IMG/VR virus record: IMGVR_UViG_3300022074_000006
Coordinates: 32,001-96,000 of that record
DNA length: 64,000 nt
From: a virus
Strand: one strand, 5' to 3'
In this document: positions 1-11,200 of the stretch, one piece after another
Numbering within the stretch: the first letter of the stretch is position 1
Layout: each line of letters opens with the position of its first letter
The notes under the pieces: model-generated
What the model saw: only the letters and a program-made list of their open reading frames with translations
Told to the model about the DNA's origin: nothing
Databases searched by the model: none
Program-made: the position numbers and the translations under genes

Positions 1-1203
1 GATCCTGACGATCGACACCTGAGGGTTTATATAGGTGAGACTCCAAACGAGCTCTACAATTCAACAGACGTTTATGACAAAGAAGCCCGAGTAGACATCT
101 TCGAAAGAAGTATTGATTTAAGGTCAATAATTCCGGACCTAAGAGACGGAGAAAGAGATTTTACTAGAAGATCCAGAAGGCTTACAAGAAGTGGATCGAT
201 GACCATACCTGCACGTACAAGAGGGTTTAGTGGAGAATGTAACTGTATTGGAATTACAGATGTTAGATTTAATGACAACAGAGAATCTTCAATCCCCTTT
301 TACGAAGTCTATAGAGAAGGAGACATGCACTTTACTTCATCGGCAGTCAAGGATGGATATATGCATGCAGGACGAGGAACAATAGAAACTATCTTAAGTC
401 AATCTTCCGGACCACGACATATTGATACATCTTACAGTAGGAGGTCTGAGCCTTACGGTGTGTATGCTCAGTCGACAGTTGATACTTTCTACGGTTTGCC
501 AGGAGCAGACAAGCTTCAGGGCAGGACGTTTACAGCGAGATATAGGGTAAGCTCAGCTGACAAACCCTTTAGAGACGAGTCTAAGGAAACTTTCGTTGAA
601 GAGAAGTTTAATTCTTCAAATTTTAATTTTGATGCAGGAGTCGGAGCTTCAGCTCAATTAGTTTATGGAATTGGTGCGAACCTTAGTAACCTAGATACAA
701 TCACCATAACGTCCACGGACCAGACAACAAAGTCTTATAGAATCTCCTCCGGAGGAGGCCTTTCATCAGGAATGGTTGTCGGAAACAAAATTGTTGTTGT
801 CTTGGGAGCCAACAACAGTGCGACTGCCGCCCAAATAGTGGCTGCGATAAATACATCAAATGGTCATAACGCCGGTACTCCCAACAGTAAAATAATCTTA
901 GAGCAGGCAGCCATCAATGATGACGAAGGCACGATTACGTTCACTCAAGCAGTTGGTGGAACTGCAGGAAACACAGCAGTCACTAAGAATCAATCAGGAG
1001 ACTTTACTGTGACAAACTTTTCTGGAGGAAAACAGTCTGATAACAAAGACTTCGTAGATACTCTAAAGAAAATGTACATGACTGGGTCTTCTATTCACGA
1101 AGGTCCCCAGACGGGTTATACTATTTCCACTAGAGGAATCCAGGGAGATACAGGCCAGTATAAGACTGACTCAATTGTCTTTGTAGGAATGAAGAGGAAC
1201 TAA
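1..1203 (+). CDS. C-terminal part of a virion structural protein (5'-truncated by the window edge) carrying one inserted AI...GHN module
   Basis: Frame 1 is open from base 1 (DPDDRHLRVYIGETP...) into the tracked ORF at 199, so the Met at 199 is internal. Stop TAA at 1201-1203, one base before the next ATG. Confidence 0.75.
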   Translation, partial: DPDDRHLRVYIGETPNELYNSTDVYDKEARVDIFERSIDLRSIIPDLRDGERDFTRRSRRLTRSGSMTIPARTRGFSGECNCIGITDVRFNDNRESSIPFYEVYREGDMHFTSSAVKDGYMHAGRGTIETILSQSSGPRHIDTSYSRRSEPYGVYAQSTVDTFYGLPGADKLQGRTFTARYRVSSADKPFRDESKETFVEEKFNSSNFNFDAGVGASAQLVYGIGANLSNLDTITITSTDQTTKSYRISSGGGLSSGMVVGNKIVVVLGANNSATAAQIVAAINTSNGHNAGTPNSKIILEQAAINDDEGTITFTQAVGGTAGNTAVTKNQSGDFTVTNFSGGKQSDNKDFVDTLKKMYMTGSSIHEGPQTGYTISTRGIQGDTGQYKTDSIVFVGMKRN

Positions 1204-1204
1204 A

Positions 1205-4200
1205 ATGCCTAGGATTGAACGTAAATCTATTACACAAAACTTCGACATAAGTACCATAGATCCTTTTGAAAACACAGGATCAGCCTCGTCAGGTGCTGTT
1301 GTCGTTCAAAAAAGCGTTGAATTAATCGACCAGCCGAACAAAGAGCCAGGAACTGTTAATTTTGGATCTGCGGCCGAAGTCGGCACCATGCAAAATATCG
1401 AACCAGGAACAAAAGTCATCTTGTTGGGTCGACAAAGCGCTGAAGCCGGCAATGCAGCTTCTCACCAGGATCGTTTTTTTTACTTAAATAAAAAGTACTC
1501 GGGAAACCCAAAGATCACTGTTTCGATTACAGCGATTTGCGGAGACAATACAACCGATCCTGCAGTAATTCGACAGGGAGGCAGTGTCCTAGAATTGTCA
1601 ACACCTGAAAACGCGTCGGGTGACATATTGGAATTACAACACTCTGTGGACGGAGACACATGGACAACGTTTAGAAATGTCAGACCCCATGATGCAGGGA
1701 ACGGTGTTCGAGATCTTACCTTTTCAGAGTTTAGAACAGTCACAACGACTTTTACACCACCTGATGGTCAAAGTGTCTACATAAGAGTGAACCAGAAAAA
1801 TTATCACGGCAACACTCATGACCACTACGCTGTCAAGAGTCTGGTAGTTGACGAATCGGGTGGCAATAGATCAACCTACGGGGGAGGCAATAGGATGGCC
1901 TCTGGTTTTACAACTCTAAATCCGAAGATTGTTCAGATCATTCACGATAATTCAGAGTCAGATTCTTATGTGGCACAAAACCTATCTATTAAAAATAGAA
2001 GAAACATCTCTAAAAGCATAAGAAATTCGTCTTTTGACGACCAGAAGGAATTGAGACCTCCCAATACAACCAGAAAAGAAGTGATCTCCATATCCGTTAA
2101 ATCAGCCCGGGGTCTCATAGACAGGTGCAAGATATTCATCAGAGGAGCTGATGGAATTGAGATGAAGTCATATGCTTTTGTTTCATCTGACAGAGATGAC
2201 ATTGAATCTTTTGAGGGAGGATTGACCGCAGCCGATACAAAAATAAATATTTTGACTGAATTAAGAAAGATTCCTTTTAAACTGAGGAAAAAAAGGGCTT
2301 CTATTGCAAGGGCAATTGCCAGCTCTTTAGCACAAGCAATAGAAGCTGATAAGTCTCTCAAGATAAAAGCACGATCTTCTGACAACAAAGTATACCTTGA
2401 AGATCATTACGTAGAAAGCGCAGTTCCACACCCAGTGCGTTACATCTCTGGTATCTCACCACCCAGAGCAATACAGCACCCAGCCAAAGCGATTAGATAC
2501 GCGCGGGGTACGCACACAAACTTAGCTAACACCGAAGAGGGAAAAACGATCACGATAGTGGATGCTCAGGGTCTCAAGAGAGTTTACGCTCTAGTAAATT
2601 CTTCTCAGACTTCAATGACCACCGGAACTGTAATTAATACCGGAGATGATATAGGATCTGGAACTGCAAGCAGCGGTTTAAAGGGAGCCATAGCAGTTGC
2701 TGTTAACATATCATCAACACTATCGTCGACTACCCTGAAGGAGTTGAAAGTTGCGATAAATCACAAAAATGGTCACGGAAGAAGAATTTCTGTGAGTGAT
2801 GTCTACGAGACTATAACGTATGGGTACATGCAAATTAGATCAGCTGTCCCTCCCTTGAGAGAAGGTCAAGGGATTCAGGTGTCAGAAAATACTGCGTCAT
2901 TTACTCTAGTCGATACAATTAGAGATGAAACTTCTATGGGACCTCCTACTGCTTCTATCACTTTTTCTTCTCTGCCAGCAGTTAATTCGTATATTGAGAT
3001 TAGACCTAGAGACAATGTCTTAAAAAGATATGTTTCGTGTAGATCAGACGGAGATGTTAACACGGGAGATACTCTTAAGTCGGGAGACATTGTAGATGGT
3101 CCAGGTACAGCAGTTGGAGCCGCCGGAATCGGAGGAGTTGCTGTCGTTGCCAACGATCGCTCTAATTTTGAAGAACAGTTTGTAAAGGCAATCAATTCAA
3201 AAAACGGTCAAAGGGGGAAGGTTAAAATTAGAAAAGTCGTACCACTAGCAGGTGCGAACGAGTACGTTTTGACGGACAAAACTAGTTCAAAGTATTCTTT
3301 TGATACTTGGGGTACACAATCAGTCACGTCTACGGCTGGCGGAGCAGCAACAGTCAGCACATGGAAAGGAGCTTCAGGAGGAAAAATAGTTGAAGCCATA
3401 CAGGGGGATGAAAAGTCTGTTAGTTCTATCAAGGTTGAAATTGTGTCCTATGGCGGCCCGACTCCAGATATCATTGCTGGAATAAACTATACTAATATAG
3501 ATGTCGCCAAAGAGGCTGGTGTCAATGACCACAAAGCCCCAGACATTCAGTTTCGATCTCCTGTTTTGCATGGATCAGGACCAAATAAAAATATCTTTAA
3601 TCCTACCACAGGATCTTTTAATCCTTTTAAAGAAGTGGGCCTATATGAATCATTCGATGGAGAAACAGGTCCTGGTGTCAACTTAGAGCACACGTACGTA
3701 GCTAGACAAAATGAAGCCTCTTTGACGTCTGCTCTTGGTAAAGGTTTTGAGGGTTCACTTTCTTCAAAAGAGTGCATAGAAATAGAGTTGGACGGATCAG
3801 GAGCTACTACGGCCACTATATATCGATCAGGCAATGGCGCCGGAGATAATCTTAGACCCTCCATGGCTTATCTTTCAAAGACAGGTGTGTGGACTCCCTT
3901 GACTCACGACCCACCTTGTGACACGCGTTTTCCAGGAGCACAAAGCTCTCAGTTTCCCAATCCATTGGCCGCCATCTCAGCTTTGTATCATCAGATATCT
4001 GAGAGAGCTATGATAGGATTTAGCCAAAACTATTCTATGTTAATATCTCGATTAGAAAACTCTACTTATATTGAGAGATCATCTTTAGGAATGTCCGAAG
4101 AGACTTTTGAATCTGAAAAAGAAAGGTTTGCTTTTGTAGAAGGTGCTCCAAGTTCTTGCATTAACACTTTTGGTTTTCCTTCTCACCCTAAGTTTTCTCG

Positions 4201-7200
4201 AGATGACAGCTTAAAGTTTGACATGTCTGACTATATAGATGACGACTTTCTTGTTGAAAACATAGTCGTTGATTGTCAGCTGGCAATGTCGGGTGGTACT
4301 GTTACTAAAACCAACCTGAACTACCTCGGTGATTTTGCGGAGCTCATGCCCGAAGGTTTAACTTTTTTCATGCTGTGCGAAAGAAAAGGAAAAATCACAG
4401 ATCAGGCCTCAGAAATAGCATTTCAAATGGAGATTGATGAAGACTTAAACGGTGATGTAAATAATGTCTCTAGAATTACTAATGCTTCTTCTTTTTCTAT
4501 ACCAGCCTGGTATCCTTATGGTAAAAGTCTTGCGTGGCCTGCGTCTTTTGACCCGGGTTCCTCTGAGTTTATACCTAATTCTACCATTTATAATGGAGAA
4601 TCAGCAGCAACTATAAACGCCGGCGTCGCGGCATCTCGAGGGTGGTCTTTTTATGATGTTATGGGCAACTCCGGAGTTTGGGATACACCAATAGTCAGCG
4701 GTGATCGGTGGCTACAGTGTAGATGGCAGTATATTTCAACTTCAAATATAGATAAGATCAATCCGGTATCTCAGATTGATTCTCTCTATACGGCAAACAG
4801 CCACAAACCACACATAAACATTCCTTTGTCTGAGGGCTACTCTGAGAACTCATATCTTACTACAGATTACGGTTATCGTCTTAGATTTCAGGCTTATGTT
4901 GCATTTGAAGACGCAAACGGCGATTCGATACCAGACATTCTTCAAGATATCGGTGATTTTGGCCCCGGCGGAGCCGCAGCTTTTCAGAGGGGCTATTGGC
5001 GGAGATTTAATCGCGTCAACGTGTTTGCGACTTACTTAGACAGCGTTAAGAGTGGAAAATCTGACGGGATTAGAAATCTTGTTGCTTCTGTTGACATTGA
5101 GGACCATTTTTCCGGATCTCCAATACCTCTAATATATGACGTTCCAATTCGAACTGAGTTTGCTAGTAATTCTGCCAACGCCAGAAAATTCAACTTAATG
5201 ATAGAAGTGATTACTTCCAATGCTGTTATGGAACCCAGCTCTAGTGATATCAATGAGTCAATTTATATTTCTAATCTTGAAATTTCGAGAACTGAAAAAT
5301 CTCAATATGTTGACACCATTAGAGACATTGTTGGATGGGGAAATATTGCAACTTTTCCGGAAGATTACAACGAGATTCAAAAAAACCTCTCTTCTAAGTC
5401 GATCGACATTAGAGAGAGATTTAGCACCGTGATTGACTCAGACATTCCAGTGACTGGAAGGTACGTAACAAGATTTCCAGCTTTAGCTCCGGTTCCAGGA
5501 GACGTTGGAACAATCTCGGCATACAGCTCTGTGGGGGCTAGCCCTTACGACCTCATAGTCACGAACTGGGATTCTCTAGGAAGATCAGGCATCGCCGGGA
5601 TGCCTTCTAACAGATCAGTTGTCAGGTCACTGCCAGGAAATAAGCCTGCATATACAACAAGACAGTTTCGAACTAAGTACAGAGTTCCTATCGCCAGACA
5701 TAATTCTCAAGTCTCTCCCTATTTGCTTAAAAAGTCGGACAAGATAATAATTGGGGCACAGGCACCTATGTCTTATTTTATCAGCGAATCAAGCACCACA
5801 GCCGGTGCGACTGATCTTTTGCAAGGAAAGGTCAGAGTCAAGATCTACGGATCTAGAGTTTTGAATGAAAGGCTCACGCATAATAATCAGAAGGATTCTT
5901 TAAACACAGATTCAGTTCACCAAGTCATTGGTGACATTCCTGTAAGGGACCAGATTGAAGCTTATTCAAGATCAGACCTTAGCGATACTTACATGGACAA
6001 AATAATGTTTGGTGATCCTTCTTTGACAAAATTTGCAAGAGGAGCTGAGCTAGTTGATATCGGGATTGGAAAGTCTTACAACGTTTCCAATATATATGCA
6101 AACACTATCATGTTCAAAGCTTACATGGATGGTATCATCGCCGAAAGATACGTTCCTGTTAAGTCCAAACCCATAGGAACAAAGAACAGAGATGGATTTG
6201 GAAAGTACGGAGACTTCTTGCCAATGTGCGCAACTATTGTTGTTGAAAAAGGCACAGACTGGAATGCAGCAAGCCAGGCCAACTCCTGGACAGGAAAGTG
6301 GATACAAGTCACAGACCATAGATATCAAAAGGTGAGGCGTTTTATCTTTCAAACGACCGGGACTACTGGAACTACTTTTGTGAGTTCAGGAGGATTTACG
6401 TATGTTAGAGTGGTGACCTCTGCGGCTGCCAACATCCGGAGTAAAATACAAGAGCTAAGAAAAGCTATTCTACAGCCCCTTGCCTTTGGTCAGGCAGGAG
6501 CCGACGCCAACGCGATACTTGATAACGCTTTAAAGCCTGAGTCTCCTCTTGCCGTCCATGACAACTTTTTCGCGCTTGCCTTGCTTGATTTGACTGACTC
6601 CAATTCAGATCTCATTCCTGACAGTGGGCACTACGTAGCAGCCTTACAGATTTTTCCTAGAATATTCTCTAGAGCAGAAGCAGACCTCTATGACAAGTCT
6701 ATGGGTCCTCACGGAGAAGGAACGAATTCTCTTATTGAGATTTCCCTTGCAGGAGGGGGATGGACAGACGAGATGTCTGTAAGATTATTGCCCGCTTTCG
6801 GTCAGTTAAGTTCCACGCACCACGTAGCTAGGCCTGTACAGGGGTTGAGCACTCCATGGAACATGTTGAGAAAAGATAGAGTGTTTAATCGAGGTGTTGT
6901 AACAAAGCCGTCAGAAGGAACTTCCGGAATCACAGGATCACTTCAACATTTTGCAACCCTTGTCGATAGCGAGGTCGTCAAGTATGACTCTCTGGTTCCT
7001 CCTGTTTATGAGTTTCTCAAGAACTTTGATGTCAAAGTTCCTGTTTCTGGCGACTCCGGAGTTGGTGGGTTTATAAGTGGATCATTTCTGCCGATATTTC
7101 AGCGGTGTCAAGTAATCAACACAAGTGGATCTGCGTGCACAGGAAGAGGAGCTTTTCCTCACAGTACTCCTTACGTTCAAGCACCCGGAATTATAGGTTT

Positions 7201-8278
7201 TGACAAAAATATTACAAACTTGTGGAGCAGATGGGTCAACGAAAGAGGGGTAATGGCAAAAACAACAGACCCTCTAAATCCAGAAACTTTTAGAGTGGAT
7301 TCTGCGACTTTTAGCACTTCCCTTGGTAATTTTGTCACCCATCCGAATGATTTCAAAGAGGCTACCCCGATCGCAAGAGTTCAGGTCCCGGACATGAATA
7401 GATTTGGGGCTCAAGTATTTGTTAGCCGAACCACACGAGCCGGCGACAATATCGCTACCTCAGCACATCCGTGTCACTATACAGGATCTCTTACAGGTTT
7501 TGGTCGAAGGACCGGAGACGAAAAAGGCAACCAGGCACCGCCATGGGGAGTAGTGCAGTCAGAAAAGCTTACATCAGGATCTCAGTTGTCAGTCATCGGA
7601 GGGACCTCTATACTCCATGACCCAGTAACAGCAATTTTCTCTCCACTTCTAAACGAGAACGTCGCAAAAGATACACTGAAAGCTCTTTATGGTTTCGAGA
7701 CTTCTTTTTATTCCAGAGCGGGAAATCAGACTGATGAAAAGCACGATCCTTCGAATGGAATGGTTCAGACCGGCATCGGGGTAGTTCCCTTCACTCTGAA
7801 GACTACCACCGTATTGACACCGCAGTCATCCGATGTTGATGTGCACGGAGCTAGACCGGTTAAAGCACCGGTAGTTGTCAGGGGAATGAGATATGGCTTA
7901 GACAACTTTTTACCCACATCTAATACAGTGAAAGTTAGATTTAATAGATTTGGTCAGTTTAGAGATCTCTTAGAGCAAAGGTTGTTTACATCAGAAACCA
8001 AACCAGAGGATTCAACTATATCAAACGACAGGCCTGTTGAAGTAGTATACATGTCTAGACCTTCCTATGACGAACTAGGGAACATTAGGGCAGTGAGAAA
8101 AAGAGCTATTCCAGCAACTGAAACAAATAGCCAGAACCTATCTAATTACGCAACTTCTAGTTTTCCTTACTTTGACGAATGGGACGAAGCAGTTCCGACA
8201 CAGTATAGGTTTGGGAGAGATAGATCATCATCGTTACCGGATGATAGCTCTGTTACGGTTGTAACTGAGGTGTCATAG
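1205..8278 (+). CDS. Giant (2357 aa) putative baseplate/tail-associated structural protein with an N-terminal jelly-roll-like domain and inserted modules
   Basis: Long uninterrupted ORF, G/S/T-rich. SVDGDTW motif and IRVNQ...HDHYAV strand near the N-terminus; two AIN.KNG[HQ] modules. Function inferred from context only. Confidence 0.6.
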   Translation: MPRIERKSITQNFDISTIDPFENTGSASSGAVVVQKSVELIDQPNKEPGTVNFGSAAEVGTMQNIEPGTKVILLGRQSAEAGNAASHQDRFFYLNKKYSGNPKITVSITAICGDNTTDPAVIRQGGSVLELSTPENASGDILELQHSVDGDTWTTFRNVRPHDAGNGVRDLTFSEFRTVTTTFTPPDGQSVYIRVNQKNYHGNTHDHYAVKSLVVDESGGNRSTYGGGNRMASGFTTLNPKIVQIIHDNSESDSYVAQNLSIKNRRNISKSIRNSSFDDQKELRPPNTTRKEVISISVKSARGLIDRCKIFIRGADGIEMKSYAFVSSDRDDIESFEGGLTAADTKINILTELRKIPFKLRKKRASIARAIASSLAQAIEADKSLKIKARSSDNKVYLEDHYVESAVPHPVRYISGISPPRAIQHPAKAIRYARGTHTNLANTEEGKTITIVDAQGLKRVYALVNSSQTSMTTGTVINTGDDIGSGTASSGLKGAIAVAVNISSTLSSTTLKELKVAINHKNGHGRRISVSDVYETITYGYMQIRSAVPPLREGQGIQVSENTASFTLVDTIRDETSMGPPTASITFSSLPAVNSYIEIRPRDNVLKRYVSCRSDGDVNTGDTLKSGDIVDGPGTAVGAAGIGGVAVVANDRSNFEEQFVKAINSKNGQRGKVKIRKVVPLAGANEYVLTDKTSSKYSFDTWGTQSVTSTAGGAATVSTWKGASGGKIVEAIQGDEKSVSSIKVEIVSYGGPTPDIIAGINYTNIDVAKEAGVNDHKAPDIQFRSPVLHGSGPNKNIFNPTTGSFNPFKEVGLYESFDGETGPGVNLEHTYVARQNEASLTSALGKGFEGSLSSKECIEIELDGSGATTATIYRSGNGAGDNLRPSMAYLSKTGVWTPLTHDPPCDTRFPGAQSSQFPNPLAAISALYHQISERAMIGFSQNYSMLISRLENSTYIERSSLGMSEETFESEKERFAFVEGAPSSCINTFGFPSHPKFSRDDSLKFDMSDYIDDDFLVENIVVDCQLAMSGGTVTKTNLNYLGDFAELMPEGLTFFMLCERKGKITDQASEIAFQMEIDEDLNGDVNNVSRITNASSFSIPAWYPYGKSLAWPASFDPGSSEFIPNSTIYNGESAATINAGVAASRGWSFYDVMGNSGVWDTPIVSGDRWLQCRWQYISTSNIDKINPVSQIDSLYTANSHKPHINIPLSEGYSENSYLTTDYGYRLRFQAYVAFEDANGDSIPDILQDIGDFGPGGAAAFQRGYWRRFNRVNVFATYLDSVKSGKSDGIRNLVASVDIEDHFSGSPIPLIYDVPIRTEFASNSANARKFNLMIEVITSNAVMEPSSSDINESIYISNLEISRTEKSQYVDTIRDIVGWGNIATFPEDYNEIQKNLSSKSIDIRERFSTVIDSDIPVTGRYVTRFPALAPVPGDVGTISAYSSVGASPYDLIVTNWDSLGRSGIAGMPSNRSVVRSLPGNKPAYTTRQFRTKYRVPIARHNSQVSPYLLKKSDKIIIGAQAPMSYFISESSTTAGATDLLQGKVRVKIYGSRVLNERLTHNNQKDSLNTDSVHQVIGDIPVRDQIEAYSRSDLSDTYMDKIMFGDPSLTKFARGAELVDIGIGKSYNVSNIYANTIMFKAYMDGIIAERYVPVKSKPIGTKNRDGFGKYGDFLPMCATIVVEKGTDWNAASQANSWTGKWIQVTDHRYQKVRRFIFQTTGTTGTTFVSSGGFTYVRVVTSAAANIRSKIQELRKAILQPLAFGQAGADANAILDNALKPESPLAVHDNFFALALLDLTDSNSDLIPDSGHYVAALQIFPRIFSRAEADLYDKSMGPHGEGTNSLIEISLAGGGWTDEMSVRLLPAFGQLSSTHHVARPVQGLSTPWNMLRKDRVFNRGVVTKPSEGTSGITGSLQHFATLVDSEVVKYDSLVPPVYEFLKNFDVKVPVSGDSGVGGFISGSFLPIFQRCQVINTSGSACTGRGAFPHSTPYVQAPGIIGFDKNITNLWSRWVNERGVMAKTTDPLNPETFRVDSATFSTSLGNFVTHPNDFKEATPIARVQVPDMNRFGAQVFVSRTTRAGDNIATSAHPCHYTGSLTGFGRRTGDEKGNQAPPWGVVQSEKLTSGSQLSVIGGTSILHDPVTAIFSPLLNENVAKDTLKALYGFETSFYSRAGNQTDEKHDPSNGMVQTGIGVVPFTLKTTTVLTPQSSDVDVHGARPVKAPVVVRGMRYGLDNFLPTSNTVKVRFNRFGQFRDLLEQRLFTSETKPEDSTISNDRPVEVVYMSRPSYDELGNIRAVRKRAIPATETNSQNLSNYATSSFPYFDEWDEAVPTQYRFGRDRSSSLPDDSSVTVVTEVS

Positions 8279-11200
8279 TGAGCAACACTTACAGCAAAGC
8301 AGAGATCGACAGAGCTGAAAAGCTTGTCAATCGAAACGCAACTAATTCTAATGTCACAAGCGTGACTTTTCCTCATAAGTTTCAAGTTGGGTTAGACGAC
8401 GAAAACTTTAGATCAGAGCTTGTAGCAAAAGGGAACATTAGGCTTTCGGAATTATCCAATCCTCCCACTAGACCGACCGACGGTCAAGGAGGCGTCTTAT
8501 ATGTCAAAAATGATGGTAAGCTTTACTATGCTTCCCATGAACAAGCAGAAAAGAATCTACTTTCAGGAGGTGATCTGTCTTCCATAACGAGTGGGGGAGT
8601 TACATTTGATGGTACTTCTCTGCACGTGACTACGACAGGTGATAGAGTGAGCTTAGCATCTGCAGGTGGAGCGCTAATCTTAGGCAATAAGGCGGGGCAG
8701 CACTTATCTTTTGACGAAAATGAAATTGCATCCAAGTCAGACGCGACCACAGCAGGCACCCTATATTTGCAGGGAGATGGAGGAAAAGTTTCGATTGGGA
8801 GTCTTACAGAAGCGGACTTAGGGATTGGTACGGAAACCCCGTCTTACAGATTCCACTTGATGTCAGACACAGCTTCAGCAGCAGAGATTGGGGTTACTCA
8901 AATAAACAATGACACAGCTACCGATGGTGCAAACGTTCGAATGCTAAGAGCTAGAGGGACAAAAGCTTCACCAGCTATAGTTCAAGATGGAGATGCCCTC
9001 GGAGTAATCACTTTTCATGGATACGATGGTACAGACTACGCTACTAACGCAGCACAGATATGGGCTCAAGCGGACGGCACCCCGGCTGAAAACGACATGC
9101 CAGGAAGAATTCTCCTTAGAACCACTCCTGCTGGTTCTGCGTCTCCGGTAACTAGGGTGACTATAAAGTCCGACGGGAATACCGGTATAGGAACTACGAC
9201 TCCTGATGAAAAACTGGACGTTGCCGGAAGAATTGCAATATCTTCTGAATCATCAACACCAACAGTCTCTGCCGGCGTAGGAGTTCTCTACACTAAGTCA
9301 GGAGGAAGCCTGTATTTTAAGTCAGGCGACGTTGGAGAAACTGATCTTTTAGCATCGGCGGGATCAACTGCTAACCTCATACAAACAGCAGCTTCAAGCA
9401 CAGCCGCTAACCACTATGTTCCATTTTTTGCAAATCAGACTGGAGCTCAAGCTATAAAGACTGATGGCGGGCTTCTCTATAATCCGTCGACTAATCTATT
9501 TACTGTCTTTACAACAGGAAATGCTTCAGAGTTCACACCTTTGAGGCTGTACAACAAGAATTCAAATACAAATGCATCAGTCTCAGCAAGGTTTGATCTT
9601 GTCGACACATCGAACAACTCAGTAGACTCTGGAAAAATAAAGGTTTCGAAAGAGCAATCTTTTACATCTACATCTAGTACCCAAGACTCTTCGATGTCAT
9701 TTTTCACATCTCTAAACGGGACTTTAACAGAACAAATGATCTTAAAGTCAGATGGAAAGCTTGGGCTTGGGACAAGTGTACCTGCAGCAAATCTTCACAT
9801 ATCAGACACGGCCGGCGGAAATCTCATTCGTCTAGACACATCAAATAATGTGTCAAATGATCCACAATTCTACATGACAGGCCAGTCTGGTGACACTACC
9901 GAAGGTTTCGCTCTAAACTACGACAACAATACGGGAGACATAAGGTACGATGTTTTCTTTACCAGCGGAAACCATATCTGGCGTCTTAAGCAAGATACTG
10001 ACGCAAGTGTTGGTATCGAAGGAATGCGATTGACGCACGATGGTAAGCTAGGAATTGGAAACACCAATCCGGGATACGAGCTAGATGTTACGGGAGATAT
10101 CAATAGTTCAGGTGCAGTAAGGTCAAACAACTATCTCTTGGCAACAAAAACAGGAGGAGACCCAGCTCAGATAATTCTCCGTAACAATACAAATGAACAC
10201 ACAAGCGGAGGAGCTGAGTCTGAGATACTTTTCAAGGATCACGGTAATAACAACCTTGTCAAAGTAGAAGGATCACACGACGGATCTTCTGATGACACAA
10301 AAGGTAATTTTAGTGTCTATGTCAACAATGGATCGTCCGAGACCTTAAGAATGTCTATAAATTCCGGAGGATCTTCGAACTTTTATGGGCCAGTGGTTAC
10401 AAATAGTTCCATTTCCGCAACCGGAATGATAGCAGCATTAGGTGGAATAAGTGCACAAGGAAACATACTATTATCCGGACAAAATAAGATTGCTTTCAAT
10501 ACTGATCCCACAAATACTTACATTGCCGCCGGAAGTGGAGCAACAGAAGATTTAGAGATTCACGCTGATGACGATATAAAGTTCAAGCCTGATGATGACA
10601 TTCACATCTATAAAGGAGACGTTCTTTACTCAACTTTTGACGGCAGCGACTACAGACTCAGGATGATTAGAAGTACAAATTCAATTGTATATCCCTTACA
10701 GGTGATAAACAACGACAGTACTTCAGGAACTTCAGCGGGAATAGGGATGCAGTTCCAGCTAGAAAACACTTCAGGAATTGAGTCGACTGCTGCATCAATC
10801 TATACAAAAAAATCTAGCAACTGGAGTACAGCAGCACTTACCGACGCGGCTTTGTATTTTAATGTTTCTCAAAATGGCGCTTTGTCAAACAAGCTGACCA
10901 TTGGAAACACAATCTCATCATTTACTACTAATTTGACTTCCAATGGCCTTATTACAGCTGAATCTGGTATTCTTTCAAACGGTAACATTACCCTTTCTAG
11001 TCAAAACAAGGCTGTTTTTGGCACCACAGACACATACATTGCTGCAAACGCAGAGAATCCAGAAGATTTAGAGATACATGCAGATCAAGATATGCATCTC
11101 AAACCTGACAACGATATTCTTGTCTACTATGGTGGAACACAATACGGAACGTTTGATGGATCCCAGTATAGACTTCGTCTGTTTAGAGAAACAAATGCAA